64,000 bases of DNA from Chiloscyllium plagiosum (Eukaryota), in assembly GCF_004010195.1 (NCBI RefSeq), contig NC_057718.1, forward strand, positions 68,639,223 through 68,703,222, read 5' to 3'. The translations under genes were made by a program, and so were the position numbers. Below, piece by piece: positions 37,559-51,425 of this stretch (positions are counted from its first letter, which is position 1; each line of letters opens with the position of its first letter). The notes below the pieces were generated by a model. That model was not told where the DNA came from. It worked only from the letters and a program-made list of their open reading frames with translations, and searched no databases.

Positions 37559-39650
37559 AGGGTGCTTGAGAGTTACATGTTAGTCAGGAAAGACCTATAG
37601 AGAGAGAGCTAAGAAGAGCCAGGAGGGGACATGAGAAGTCATTGGCAGATCAAGAAAAAAACCTGAAGTTTTCTATAGGTATATAAGGAATAAGAAAATG
37701 ATTAAAGAAAGATTGGGACCAATCAAGAATAGTAGTGAGAAGTTGCACATGGAGACTGAGGAGATAGGGAAGCACTAAATGAATATTTTTGGTCAGTTTT
37801 CACACTGGAAAAAGACAACGTTGTTGAGGAAAATACTGAGATACAGGCTACTAGACTGGATGGGATTTTGGTTGACAAGGAAGTGGTGTCAGCAATTCTG
37901 GAAAGTGTGAAAATCAATAAGTCCCCTGGGCCAGATGGTATTTATCCTCGGATTCTATGGAAAGCCAGGGAGGAGATTGCAGAGCCTTTGGCTTTGATCT
38001 TTATGTTGTCATTGTCTACAGGAATAGTGCCAGAAGACTGCAAGGATTGCAATGTTGTCCCTTTGTTCAATAAGGGAAGTAAAGACAACCCTGGTAATTA
38101 TAGACCAGTGAGCCTCACTTCGGTTGAGTAAAATGTTAGAAAAGGGTATAAGACATAGCATTCTTCATCATCTAGAGAGGAGTAAATTGATTAGGGATAG
38201 TCAAAGTGGTTTTGTGAAGTGCAAGTTATGCTTCAAAAAACTTATTGACTTCTTTGAGATGATGACCAAACAGGTGGATGAGTGTAACGTGGTGGATGTG
38301 GATTTCAGTAACGTATTTTGTGCAAAAGTCTCCCCACAATAGGCTATTGCACTAAATACGGAGGCATGGGACTGAGGGTAATTTAGCAGTTTGGATCAGA
38401 AGTTGGCTAGCTGAAAATACAACAAAGGGTGGTAGCTGATGAGAAATGTTCTTCCTGGAATTCAGTTACTAGTGGTGTACTGCAAGGATCTGTTTTGGGG
38501 CCAACTGCTGTTTGTCATTTTTATAAAATGACCAGACAAGGGCGTAGAAGGATTAGTAAACCTGTGGATGACAGTAGGATTGGTAGAGTTGTGGATAGTG
38601 CTGAAGGATGTTGCAGGTTACAGAAGGACAGGTTATAGATAAGCTGCAGACCTGGGCTGAGAGGTGGCAAATGGAGGTTCATGCGGAAAAGTGTGAGGTG
38701 ATTCACTTTGGAAGGAGCAACAGGAATGCAGAGTACTGCGGGCTAATGAAAGGATTCTTGACACTGTAGATAATCAGAAAGATCTGTGTCCACGTAGACA
38801 GATCCCTGAAAGTTGTCACCCAGGTTGATAGGTTTGTTAAGATGACATCAGGTGTGTTAGCTTTTATTGGTAGAGAGAATGAGTTTTGGAGCCATCAGGT
38901 CATGCTGCAGCTGTACAAAACTCTGGTGTGACCACACTTGGAGTACTGCATATAGTTCTGGTCACTGCATTATAGGAAGGATGAGGAAGGTTTGGGAAGG
39001 GATCAGAGGAGATTCACTAGGATGTTGCCTGGTGTGGAGGGAAAGTCTTACAAGGAAAGTCTGAGGGACTTGAGGCTGTTTTCACAAGAGAGAAGGTTGA
39101 GGGGTGCATTAATTGAGACATACAAGATAATCCGAGGGTTAGATAGGGTGGACAGTGAGAGCCTTTTTCCTCGAATGGTGATGGCTAGCACGAGGGGACA
39201 TAGCTTTAAGCTGAGCGGTGATAGATATAGGATGGATTTCAGAGGTAGTTTCCTTACTCAGTATTAGTAGTGTGAAATGCACGGCCTGCAACAGTAGTAG
39301 ACTGTAGATTAGAGTAGTGCTGGAAAAGCACAGCAGATTAGGCAGCCATTCATCAGGAAGGGCTTTTGCCACAAACGTCGATTTTCCTGCTCCTCGGATG
39401 CTGCCTGACCTGCTGTGCTTTACCAGCACCACTCTAATCTAGATTCTGATTTCCAGCATCTGCAGTCCTCACTTTTGCACACAGACGTAGACTCGTCAAC
39501 TTTAAGGGCATTTAAAATGGTCATTGGATAAATATATATGGATGAAAATGGAATAGTGTAGAATAGATGGGTTTCAGACTGGTTCCACATGTCAATGCAA
39601 CATTGAGGGCCAAAGGACCTGTACTGCCCTGTAATGTTTTATGTTCTATG
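37559..39650 (+). mobile_element. HER1/CR1 LINE, decayed ORF2 to 3' tail
   Basis: KSPGPDGIYPRIL, PGNYRPVSLTS, RRFTRMLPG motifs; atgttctatg tail. Confidence 0.92.
39304..39486. mobile_element. Family A fold-back insertion inside CR1
   Basis: Inverted arms tagattagagtagtgctggaaaagcacagcag / ctgctgtgctttaccagcaccactctaatcta; 7-bp direct repeat gtagact (39297, 39487). Confidence 0.82.
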
Positions 39651-41899
39651 ACTACTTTTGAAGTCCTGCTTTCTACTTTTCTATATTATTTCCTAAATTC
39701 TGACTGCAGCACTACATTTCCCTTCCACCTTACGTTGCTGGTACTAACAGGGAGTACAACAACTGGATGATCATAATGGAAATGTACTGGAAAATTATGC
39801 CTTTCTTTACACTGCTAATATTGTAATGTGCTGGAGGGTGGTGCTGGTGATGGTGGTTGGAGGAGCAGATGCAGAGAACAAAAGACAAAGGAAGCGCGAA
39901 TTGTGGTAAGGGAGATCTAGGGATGTAAATAGGTGTAAATTATAGGCTTGAAAATGAATCCAATACATTGAAAGCAAAACCAATGGAACAGAAGGAAGTT
40001 AGAGGGGTTGGAAAAAAAGAATGTGATTAAAATGGAGCACGGTAGTTCTGATGTTCATGCAAACTCTAGGAGGGAAATAGTAAGCAATTAAGATGAATAA
40101 GCCAAAAATGTAAAATGTAAATCTTAGAGAGAAGAGGAGAAATTCTTTACAAGAGGCATACTGAGAAAATAGGTGTTATGGAAATTAAGAAATTCAATCC
40201 CAACTGTTTTACCATTTGAGAAAGAAGTATATTGCACCATGACACTTGTCTTTGAAATATAAAGTAGACTTGGGATTTATTCTGCAATCATTAGATATTA
40301 CAAAGCATCTTACAGCAACTGAAGGACTTCTGAAGTCTCGTCAACTTTGTAATACAAGGAATGTAATGCGTTATATTTGATTCGAAACTCCCACAATAAT
40401 AATGGCCGGATAATCTGTTGAGGTATTTACATTGGCAATGGTCACATGGCTACAGCATGACAGCCAGTAAACTGAAGGTGCAATTGCATTCTCTATGCAC
40501 TATTTACAAGTTTTGTGAACCAGCACAGTCACAAAGAAAATTATCGCTCATTCACAATTGAATTGTTTCACCTCTCAGTGTCTGTACAAGCATTGCATAC
40601 ATAATCTTAGAATAACTCAGGTTTCCATTGAGGTGAGAACTCTTTTGCACAGGTGGCCTGACTTTTGTTCAGAACACAATGTTTGCATTCTGACTGACTT
40701 TCCAATACTCAGTCTGGCAATGACATAGTAGCATTACTGAAATGAAATCTGGCTGTCTGTCATTTCAGTTTGATTTTGTCCCTCAGGCCTGTTACTACTT
40801 CTGGCTTCAATAGTTTTTTCGTTATTGGCAGTGCAGCTTGGATGAGATGTGACATTGGTCCTTAGATAGCACTACAGTATTTCAGTACATATATTTCTCA
40901 ACTCAAAGATAGTTTGTGCTGAATTTGATTTCTTTATAAAATCTTTGATTTTCACTGCTCTTTCAGCCTTTCCATTTGTTTGTGGTAGAGGAGGAAATTA
41001 TTTCCACTGGTGAATTTCACAATCCTTTATACAACACCTGAATAATTCATTCATGAATTGTAGATGGTTGGTGCTCATCACAATGTCTAGAATATCATAA
41101 CAACTGAAGCATTAATGAAAAGTTAATTTAAAAGTTGCTGTATTAGCAACCTGGGTGCAAATGCAACAAGCTGTTTTTGCTGCAAAAGAGTTGCTCCAAA
41201 ACCTCAGAGTAGCATAACACTTCAAGGAGACTTCTTCATTCACGTTCCAGTACCTCAACATTGGCAATGCTGATTCAAATCAAAGCTGCTTCTTGTTTTG
41301 AACCCCAGTGAACCTGCGTAAAAAAGGTTCACACTCTGAAGACAAATTAAGCAAGAAATCTGCAAAATACTTCACGACTCAAACAAATTGTTGCACTGCT
41401 CTCATCTACTGGTCGCTGCATTATTCTTACAGCTTTGACCTTGTCAGGATCCAAGCAAAGTCCTGTTACTATCAGCACATGATCCACGTACAATCGCATG
41501 TTTTTCCTTCTTCAGCTCAGTTTCTGGTGAACTAGCAGAGTTCCAACTCATGTGGAGTTTATTTTATTCTGTTGCTATTTCATAACTTTACCACTAAGTA
41601 CAAAATATTCCAATTCTCTCTCTTTCATGAATACAACAGCCATTTTGACATACCAAGCTGTGGCTTTTTAAGAAGATTTCTTTCTTGCTGTTTCCTTCAG
41701 TAATTTCTATTCTAATTGGCTCTCTTACAGTCTTGAAAATTCACATATTCGCTCTGACACCACATTTCAAACGATATGCATTTTATGGCTTCCACAGAAT
41801 GCACACAAAGGCACTTAAAGCAAGGTTACATGGCTACAGCAAGCCAAGCAGTACACTAAGGGTACAACTGCATTTCTCCAAGCAATCTGTTTCTTGTCA

Positions 41900-42095
41900 T
41901 GTTGTTGAGGGTTAATGTCAGCCATGTACATGGGATGTCTACCTACTACTCTTCAACATAGCACCAGGGGATCTTTTCTATTCACCTGAAGAGGCAAATG
42001 GAATTGCATTTTAGCATCTCAGCTGATAAACCCAAAACTGCAATATTATGTCAGTACTGTATTGGAATGTCAGTTCTGAATTTTGCATTGAATTC
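41900..42095 (+). mobile_element. Ancient DeuSINE-like (Deu domain) remnant
   Basis: ctactcttc...gggatctttt...cacctga...tttagcatctca...tcagtactgtattggaatgtcag resembles the recalled AmnSINE1/SacSINE1 Deu core. Confidence 0.55.
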
Positions 42096-42139
42096 CCATG
42101 TTATAAAATAAAATTACAAGCCACATAAACAAGATGACT

Positions 42140-42888
42140 GAAAGGTTGAATTTGAATGGAGATTACAGGGTTAAAGGCAAGATTCTTGGTAGTGTAGAGG
42201 AACAGAGGGATCTTGGGGTCCACAGCCATAGATCCCTCAAATTTGCCACCAAGTTGATAGGGTTGTTAAGAAGGCGCATGGTATGTTGGCTTTCATTAGC
42301 AGGGGGATTGACTTTAAGAGCTTCAAGGTTATGCTACAGCTCTATAAAGCCTGGTTAGAGCACACTTGGAATATTGCGTTCAGTTCTGGTCGCCTCATTA
42401 TAGGAAGGATGTGGAAGCTTTAGAGAGGGTGTAGAAGAGATTTACCAGGACGCTGCCTGGACTGGAGGGCATGTCTTATGAAGAAAGGCTTTTCTCATTG
42501 GAACGAAGAACGGGAGGTGACTTGATAGAGGTGTACAAGATGATGAGAAGCATGGATGGAGTGGATAGCCAGAGACTTCTTCCCAGTGCGGAAATGACTA
42601 TCAGAAGGGGGCATCATTTTAAGGTGATTGGAGGAAGGTTTTGGGGAGATGTCAGAAGTAGGTTCTTTACAGAGGGTGGTGGGTGCATGGAACGCACTGC
42701 CAGCAGTGGCAGTAGAGTCAGATGCATTAGGGATACACTTAAGCGACTGTTGGATAGGCCCATGGATAATAGTTAAATAAATGTGTAAGTTAGTTTGATC
42801 TTAGAGTAGGATAAAAGGTCAGCACAACATCGAAGGACAAAGGGCCTGTACTTTGTTGTACCATTCCATGTTCTATGTTTTATGTTCA
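42140..42888 (+). mobile_element. CR1 LINE 3' fragment
   Basis: GSVEEQRDLGV, GDLIEVYKMM; atgttctatg tail. Confidence 0.88.
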
Positions 42889-44227
42889 AAGAGGGAAATT
42901 CTTGAGGAGCCCGATAGGCAAGACTTCACAAAGGGGAAGAGGTAAAGAAAATTCACAATCAAAGGGACATTCTGAAGGGTGATGCCAAGAAGGATAGTGA
43001 GGAAGAATCCACTGAAAGACCAGCAGTATGGGATGGACAGGGTAGCTCGCACAAAATTAGTTTCCATCAAGTTTTGTTTTCCTCTATTCAGTCACAGAAT
43101 AAGGGCATCACTGGCTAGGCCAGCATTTATTGCCCATCCCTAAATGCCTAGAGGGCAGTTAAGTGTCAACTACATTGCTATGGGTCTGAAGTCGCATGTA
43201 GGCCAGACCAGGTAAGGGTAGCAGGTTCTTAAAGGACATCAGTAAACCAGATGGGTTTTTCCTGACAATCAACATCATTAGACTCTTAATTCCAGAAGTT
43301 AATCACCAGAACATAACGTGGCTCTCCGGAATAATAGTCTGGCGATAATACCATTAGGCCATCGCCTGCCCCATATATCGACCAGGAGTGTCAAAGAGAA
43401 TGGCAGGGAACAATTCAGGCTGATGTCTGTAATGAGTAAGCAGATTGCCTCAACATGTTTTGCAGAGAATAACAAATGAGGCACTGAAGAATGCCACAGG
43501 TTTATTGAGGAAGATGTCAAGTCGGAGTTAGGGTTGGAAAATTGAGGAGGACTGAACTGTGATGATAGAGAATTGAGTCATCAGGGGATAAAGAAAGGAA
43601 TAACGACAATAGAAGAGGAGAATTTAGGAGAGGTAAAAAGAAAATTAAAAAACAAAATTAAAATAGAGCAACATTCAAATTTATAGCAGCAATCAAAATG
43701 AACACATGACTGTACTAGGGGCAAGTTCAAGTTGCCTAGTCCCAGTTTCATTAACCTTAGGATATATAAAAACTACATAGGAAATAATAGGAGGGAGTCC
43801 CAAATTAAAATCTAAGCCAGAGGTACTTTGGTGAAGGAAGGATGACTTAGGATACGTGCAGTCAGCATGAAGCATAGATGAACTTCGTCTGAATTTAGAG
43901 ACAGACAGTGAGTAAAGTCCAGCAACGGAGGGTAGAATATTGGTAAATCAACTGATCTAGCTTGGCAGGAATTAGAATGTGGGAGGTAGGGTGAAGTCAG
44001 CTACAGTATTAGGATGATGATGACAAAGTTCAAGAATACTGTAAAATTCAGAAACAGATTTCCACTTCAGGCCAGCTGAGTAATTTTCTGAGCAGGAACA
44101 GATCAAAGACATAAAACAAAAAAACATAGTCAATTCTTGGGCTCAGCCGGAGACAAAGGTCTCAGTCACAGGAGTAGTGGAGAAAGTACTACAAATTGAT
44201 TTTAAAAATTACTTCAAAATGCTGTTA

Positions 44228-44660
44228 ACATAGAACATAGAACAATACAGCATAGAACAGGCCCTTCGGCCCACGATGTTGTGCCGAACTTCTAACCTAG
44301 ATTAAGTACCCATCCATGTACCTATCCAAATGCCGCTTAAAGGTCACCAATGATTCCGACTCTACCACTCCCATAGGCAGCGCATTCCATGCCCCCACCA
44401 CTCTCTGGGTAAAGAACCCACCCCTGACATCTCCCCTATACCTTCCACCCTTCACCTTAAATTTATGTCCCCTTGTAACACTCTGTTGTACCCGGGGAAA
44501 AAGTTTCTGACTGTCTACTCTATCTATTCCTCTGATCATCTTATAAACCCCTATCAAGTCACCCCTCATCCTTCGCCGTTCCAACGAGAAAAGGCCGAGA
44601 ACTCTCAACCTAGCCTCGTACGACTTCCTCTCCATTCCAGGCAACATCCTGGTAAATCTT
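44228..44660 (-). mobile_element. Young CR1 LINE 3' end
   Basis: Open frame RFTRMLPGM...FFTQRVVGAWNALP; (tagaaca)n reversed tail. Confidence 0.92.
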
Positions 44661-47499
44661 ATTAATTCAGCAGCTCTTACTTTGAGAGCAAGCAAGTAAT
44701 CATGACACCGAGTGCTCATTAACAGGCTGACATGATGCTGGAAGAATACAAAATGATGGCAGTGACATTGGAATACAAAACTGGTCCAACAACTAGCAAT
44801 TTTGTGCAGGAGAGCTACAGTGCTTCGAAGCCACCCCATGATTGAATCGCTGGAAACCTTACAGACAATGATGTCCTTCAAACTATGGTACAGTGGCTTT
44901 ACTACTGAACTGAAGCTATGCACTTGAAACTTCTTGTTTGTTTATGCAAATAAAACAGTCATAAAAGCCCAAGGAGACATTGAAATAAAAGGCATTGTAA
45001 TCTGATCAAGTTGTTCAAATTCCAAATAAAATTCATCCCCAGACGTTATCGCTCCAATCTCCAGTTAGTAAATGATTAAGTGCATAACTTGAAGTAACAT
45101 ACACAAGTCATATTCAACAATTCCACCCAATCTCAGTTTAGATTTGAACCAGCTTACAACCGCCTCTGAGCCAAGAGACCAGGTTGAGAAGTGTGTCATA
45201 CCACAACTGAACAGGTTAATTAAAAATAAATGAAAGAAGTGAGTGCAGAGAATCATAGCACCTTTGTGTTGCTGAGGTGTTTATCACCTCATTGGAAGGT
45301 TAAACAACCCTGTGCCATATTGAAGCCAGACCCACAAAGCCTTAGCATTCATATCTGAACGCATGTGCAATAATATACAACTACTGCGATGTGCTTTCTG
45401 CTCTGACAGAGAGAGCCGACATTGGAGACTGAGCTTCCCTCCTAGGTCACAGCACTGTGAAATGTCCACACTTGCTCCACTGTTTCCGGGGGACTTGTCT
45501 ATCCTCAAGTTGTTCAAAATGTCCAACACATCTTCCTTCCTAACAGGTATCTGGTTCTTTGATTATCTAGAGATAGAGTTTTGGTCTTATGGTGTAACCA
45601 GCAGGGTCCAAAATGAAAACATTTTAGTGACAGAAACGATCTGCAAGTTTGAAGTCAGGTCCAAGAGAAGATCCAGATTTTACCATCTCTTTTCCAGAGT
45701 TCACAGGACTAAAAGCAGCAGGGTAAATAGAAGCAGGGTATAATGCAGGAATGTGATCTTCACATCCACAGAGGTTCATGAGCTTGAAGTCAAGTTTGAG
45801 AGAAAATCTATGCCCCGTTTGAGGAAATAACAACATTATGGTAATATCATAGGTCTAATAACCCAGAAACGTATGTCTATGCTCTGAGACACTGCTTCAA
45901 ATCCTACCACAGCAGATAGCAGAACTTCAATTCAATTAGCTGAAGAATTTTGCTCATAAATCTGGCTTTGAAAGGTAGTTCCAGTAAATGGTGACCAAGA
46001 ACCTATTGACTTCTGTAAAAACCCACTTTAAAAGGAAGAAACTTCTCTATCCTCAGTGACCCACAACAATATAGTTGACTCAACTGCCCTGTGAAATGGT
46101 CTATGAAACCACTACAGAAAAATGTCAAACCAATTTGGCTGCTGCAGTTCACAAAAATAGTGTACTACCACTTCAGAGGGCAATTACAAATGAGCAACAA
46201 ATGCTTCAATGCCCAAACCACATGAAAGGATAAAAACAATTTTCCAGATCTTTATTAGGCATCAAAGCAAGGTCAGTTTTGTTTCGACTAACAGAGTTTG
46301 AACTAAAATGCACTATTAGATTTCAGCAAACTTAGTACAGGATACCAGTTAAGAGAAGAAAACGCCAAAGATAAATCTGCATAACAAAGCATTCCCAAGA
46401 GTGGATTGCCCAGAAACCATCTTGCTAACAGTCTAAAACTTGCTGCAGTCATGCACTACATATTCCTAAAATCACCTGAATCAAACTGGGGTTTGTTCAT
46501 TTGCTGATCCTCCACAAGCTTTGCTACAACAATAAGATGCCAATAGGCTTGCTTTTGGAAGCTATCCAAGGGTATAAAATTGGGAAACCAGCCCAGTAAC
46601 CATACCAGAAAAATTCAATTCACTTCTAAGTACATTCTTAACTCCACTTGAAGTCTTAATTACTGAAAAATAACCATACCAGCATTGACATTAACGTGCA
46701 CAGGTAGATTTTAATTCTTTTTGGAGGAAACAATTAAATAATTGGCACTCGCTCTTTCACTATTTCAATTTCAACCCCTGATTCAACATTGAAAACATTC
46801 TAACTGGCATTGCTTGGTACAGACCCTGCACTGCTCATAATAATTCTTCATTCAGACTACTTATGGTGATACACAATTGCTTCCTCTTTTTACACAGATC
46901 TCAGGACCCGGATAGAGGGCACCATGCAAAGCAGTTCTCTAAAATTCAATAGAAAGTCCATGGGCAATTATAAATATAATGAATATCTGGTGCCATTTAT
47001 TCATCATGTATAAAACTCAGGCCATTAAATTTAAAAATAGAAAAATAAAACTGCATTCATTGTAAGAAGCAAACATTAAAGTTCGAAACTGCTATCTACA
47101 AGGAAGGTGGAATGTTAACAAGATCCTGGCACCATGAAGGCTGAGCTTGTATGAACAATGATGCTTTTGAAATTCTAATTAATAACTGAAAAAAGTACAG
47201 CTGCTGGATGTTCAGCATGCTAGCTGCTGCTCTGTTAAAAACCAAAAGAGAAATGCACATTTACAGGCATTTAATATCAAGTATTAACTCAAACTATCCT
47301 AAATTGACCCACTAATTTTCTGTAATTTCAGATGGAGAAAGTTTCAATGTGATATTGCTATGATTTTATTTAAATATCAATTACAGAAAGAAAGAGAAAC
47401 AGGAGTTCTTTTATCTTTCCATGGGTAATGTAAACAAGTACTGACAAAATCCATAGAATTCATCCATTATAGGTTACTGTTTTCAAGAAAGGAGATAGC

Positions 47500-49355
47500 A
47501 ACACAGGAACAGGAGTAGAATATTCAGCCCCTGGAGTTTGTTCTGCCATGCAGTGAGACCATGGCTGATCTGCAGCCAAACTCTATATAGCTGCCTTTGG
47601 TCCGTATCCCTCAATACCTGTGCTTAACAAAATTTTATCCATCCCAGTTTCAAAAACATTAATTGATCCAGCATCCAATGCCACTTGTGGAAGAGAATTC
47701 CAAACATCTACCATACTTTTTGTGTGAAAGTGCTTCTTAATATCTCTCCTGAACGGTCTGGCCTGAATTCTCAGACTATGACCCCCTGGTTCTGGGATTT
47801 TCAAGCAGTGGAAAAAGTTTATTGGTATATACTGTCTTTTCATGTAGATATCAATTAGATCACTTTTTAACCTTCTAAGTGCTAGAGTCAACAGGTCTAA
47901 TTTCGATAAACTCTTCTCAAACAACTCCTGAAGTCTAATATTACGCTCATAAACCTACAATTTATTCCCTCCAAGGTCAATACATCCTTCCTAAGATGTG
48001 GTGCCTGAATCTGCTCACAGTACTTCAGGGTTTGTATAACTGCAGCATAACTTCTACATCCGTATACTCCAGACCTCCATTAGCTTTTTAGACCATTTTC
48101 TGTACCTGTTCATAGCATTTTTAAATATCTATGCATCTGAACCTTTGGACATACACTGTATTCAACTTAATACAATCAAGAGGGTCATGGATAGGGTAAA
48201 TAGTCAAAGTCTTTTCCCTGGGGTGGGGTAGAACTAGAGGGCATTGGTTTCAGGTGAGTGGGGCAAGATTTAAAAAGAGACCTAAGGGGCAACTTTTTCG
48301 TGCTCGCAGTGGGGAGTGTATGGAATGAGCTGCCAGAGGAAGTGGAGGAGACTGGTACAATTCCAACATTTAAAAAGCATCTGGATGGGTTTACGAATAG
48401 GAAGGGTTTAGAGGGATATGGGCCAAGTGCTGGCAAATGGGAATAGATTAATTCAGGATATCTGGTCAGCATGGACAACTTGATTTATCCTTTTCAGTCC
48501 AAAATGGATAACCTTTGCTTACATGGAACTCCAACTACCACAGTTTCACCCATTCACCTAATCTATCAAATGTCCCTTTATAATTTTATACTATTTATAC
48601 TGTCTACAATGCCAACTAACTTTGTGTTGTCAGCAAACCTAGATATACGATCTTCTATGCCATTATTCAAGTTGTTCATAAATAACGTGAATAATTGAGG
48701 CCCTAAGACAGGTTCATGTAGGACAGCAATGGTCACAATGGGTGCCCATCTACTATTCCTACTTTCACCTGCCGCTCAATTTCCCAGCAATGCCTTCAAT
48801 TTTCCCTCAATTCACAATTAAGAGTTTCTTACATGGTACTTTATCAAATGCCTTCTGGAAGTTCATATAAACAACATCCAAACAGTCCCCTGTCCACCAC
48901 TCAGTCACCTCTTCAAAACAATTCAATGAGGTTTGTCAGGCAAACTCTTGTCATGAATCCATTCTAGATTTCTCTAATTCATTGAAAATTGTAAGGTGCT
49001 TAGTTACCCCATCCTTCATTGTACACTCCAACAATTTTGCCACCACAGATGTTAAACTAACTGGTCTGTTATTGCCTGGTTTTCCTCTTCCACCCTTTTT
49101 AATAAGCAGAGTGACACATGCAACCTTCAGATCCAGAGGGACAACTCCTAGGAATTTCTGAAAAGAGTACAGTTATGGTGTCTACAATGTGCTTCCTTAC
49201 TTCAAATCCTGGAGATTTGTCACTCTTTAGTTTTGTTAAATAAGACATTGACAATGAGGAAATTATGTTAATTTTATTCAGTCCCTGTCCCCTATCAACA
49301 TTCTCAACTTCTGGCAAGCTTTCTTCCTTTTCTACTGAGGCAAAATAATTATCCA
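47500..49355 (-). mobile_element. Old CR1 LINE with a + strand CR1 3' end nested at about 48180-48480
   Basis: RRLKSDLIDIY, LKSDKSPG motifs on minus; RDLRGNFF...WNELPEEV on plus. Confidence 0.75.
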
Positions 49356-49356
49356 A

Positions 49357-51425
49357 CATAGAACATCGAATAATACAACACCGGAACAGGTCCTTCAGCC
49401 CACCACGTTGTGCCGAACATGCTAAATTAAAACTAATCCCTACTGCCGGCCCTTAGTCCATATCCCTCCATTCCTTGCATATTCATATGCTTATATAAAA
49501 GTCCCTTAAACACCCTTATTGGACATGTTGCACCCTCACCCTTGACAGAGTGTTCCAGACTCCTACCACTCTGTGTAGAAACGTCCTCTTCACATCTCCT
49601 TTGATCTTTTCCCCTCTCACCTTAAATGCATGCCCCATAGTTTTAGACATTTCAAATCTGGGAGGAAGACTCTGACCCTCAAGTCCAAAGTACTCGATAA
49701 AATTGAGATACAATCAAGTCTCCGCCGCAGCTTCTGCTGCTCCAGAGAAAACAAACTGGGTTTTTCTAGCCCCTCCTTATAGCTCATACCCTCTAGTCCA
49801 GGCAGCATCCTGGTAAACCTTTACTGCACTCTCTCCAAAGCCTCCACATCCTTCCTGTAAAGTGGTAACCAGAAGTGAACACAATACTGTGTGTGGCCTA
49901 ACCAAAGTCTTAGAAAGCTGCAACATGACATCCTGACTCTTGTACTTAATTCCCCGACCAATAAAGGCAAGATTAGATTAGATTAGATTAGATTAGATTA
50001 GATTAGATTACTTACAGTGTGGAAACAGGCCCTTTGGCGTCTCTGGCGCTGTGAGGCAGCAGTGCTAACCACTGTGGCACCGTGCCGCCCCATGACTTCT
50101 TTACGACCTATCTACTTGCACGGCCACTTTTAGATAGCTATGAACTTGTACCCCAAGATACTTGGATTAAAGTCCATCTTCTGTTTCTCGGTGTGGACTT
50201 GTTGGGCCAAAGGGCCTGTTTCCACACTGTAAGTAATCTAATCTAATCTAATCTAATCTAATCTTGCCTTTATTGGTCGGGGAATTAAGTACAAGAGTCA
50301 GGATGTCATGTTGCAGCTTTCTAAGACTTTGGTTAGGCCACACACAGAGTATTGTGTCCATCATATCTGCAACTGATCTATATCCCACTGTATCTTTTGA
50401 CAGCCTTCTATTCTATTCAAAACTCCACCAATCTTTGTATTGCCAGCAAACTTACTAACTCACCCATCAACATTTTCCCAGTACAGATTCGAGCCCATAT
50501 AGAGATCCCTGAGGAAGACCAATAGTCACAGACCTCCAGCCTGAAAAACACCCTTCCACCACCATCCTCTGCCTTCTGTGGACAAGCCAATTCTGAATCC
50601 ACACTACCAAGTCAGTGTGCATTCCATGCAGCTTAATCTTCTGGATGAGCCTACCATAAGGGACCTTTTGAAAACCTCACTAAATTCCACAGAGAACACC
50701 CACTGCTCCACCCTCATCGATCACCATTGTCTTCTCCTCGAAAAATTCAATCAAGTTAGTAAGACATGACCTGCTCTGCACAAAGGCATGCTGACAGTCC
50801 CTAATTCAGCCATGCTTTTCCAAATGCTTGTAAATCCTATCCAATAGCTTCCCAACAACCAATGCAAGACTTATCAGTCTATAGTTTCCTGGATATTACC
50901 TATTTCCCACCATGAACTGAGCAATAACATTAACTACTCGCCAGTCCTCTGGGACCTCGCCAGTGGCTAGCGAGGATACAAAGATCTTGGTCAAGGCCCC
51001 AGCAATCTCCTCTCTTGCCTGTCTCAATAACCTGGGATAGATACCATTAGGCCCTGGGGACTTGACCACCTTAATGCTCAAGATTTCCAATACCACTTCT
51101 CTCGATCTCAAAATGCTATAGCATATTAGCATGCTTCACACAGATCTCTCTATCCTCCCTAACCCTCTCTTAGGTGAATACCGATGTAAAACATATTTAG
51201 GATCTCACCCACGTCCTCTGCTTCCAACCACAAGTTACTTTTTCAAGCGGTCCTACCTTCTCCCTAGTTATCCTCTTGTTTTCAATGTATAGAATACTTT
51301 GGGATTCTCTTCAATCCTACTTGCCAAGGTAATTTCATTGCTTCTTCTTGAGCTCCTAATTCTCTGCTCGAGTTCTTTCTTGCTTTTATATTCCTCACAG
51401 GCCCTGTTCAATTTTACCTTCCGAA
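49357..51425 (-). mobile_element. CR1 LINE fragment with internal HE1 pieces and inverted duplication
   Basis: KSPGPNGIYPRLLRQAREEIAGAL, MLPGLEGMSY motifs. Confidence 0.85.
49970..50010. repeat. (GATTA)n microsatellite, HE1/HER1 3' tail
   Basis: About 8 tandem gatta units followed by cttacagtgtggaaacaggccc. Confidence 0.9.

Noticed and set aside
36931..37600. Long ORFs of 183-212 aa
   Set aside because: Artefacts of translating through the 500-N gap
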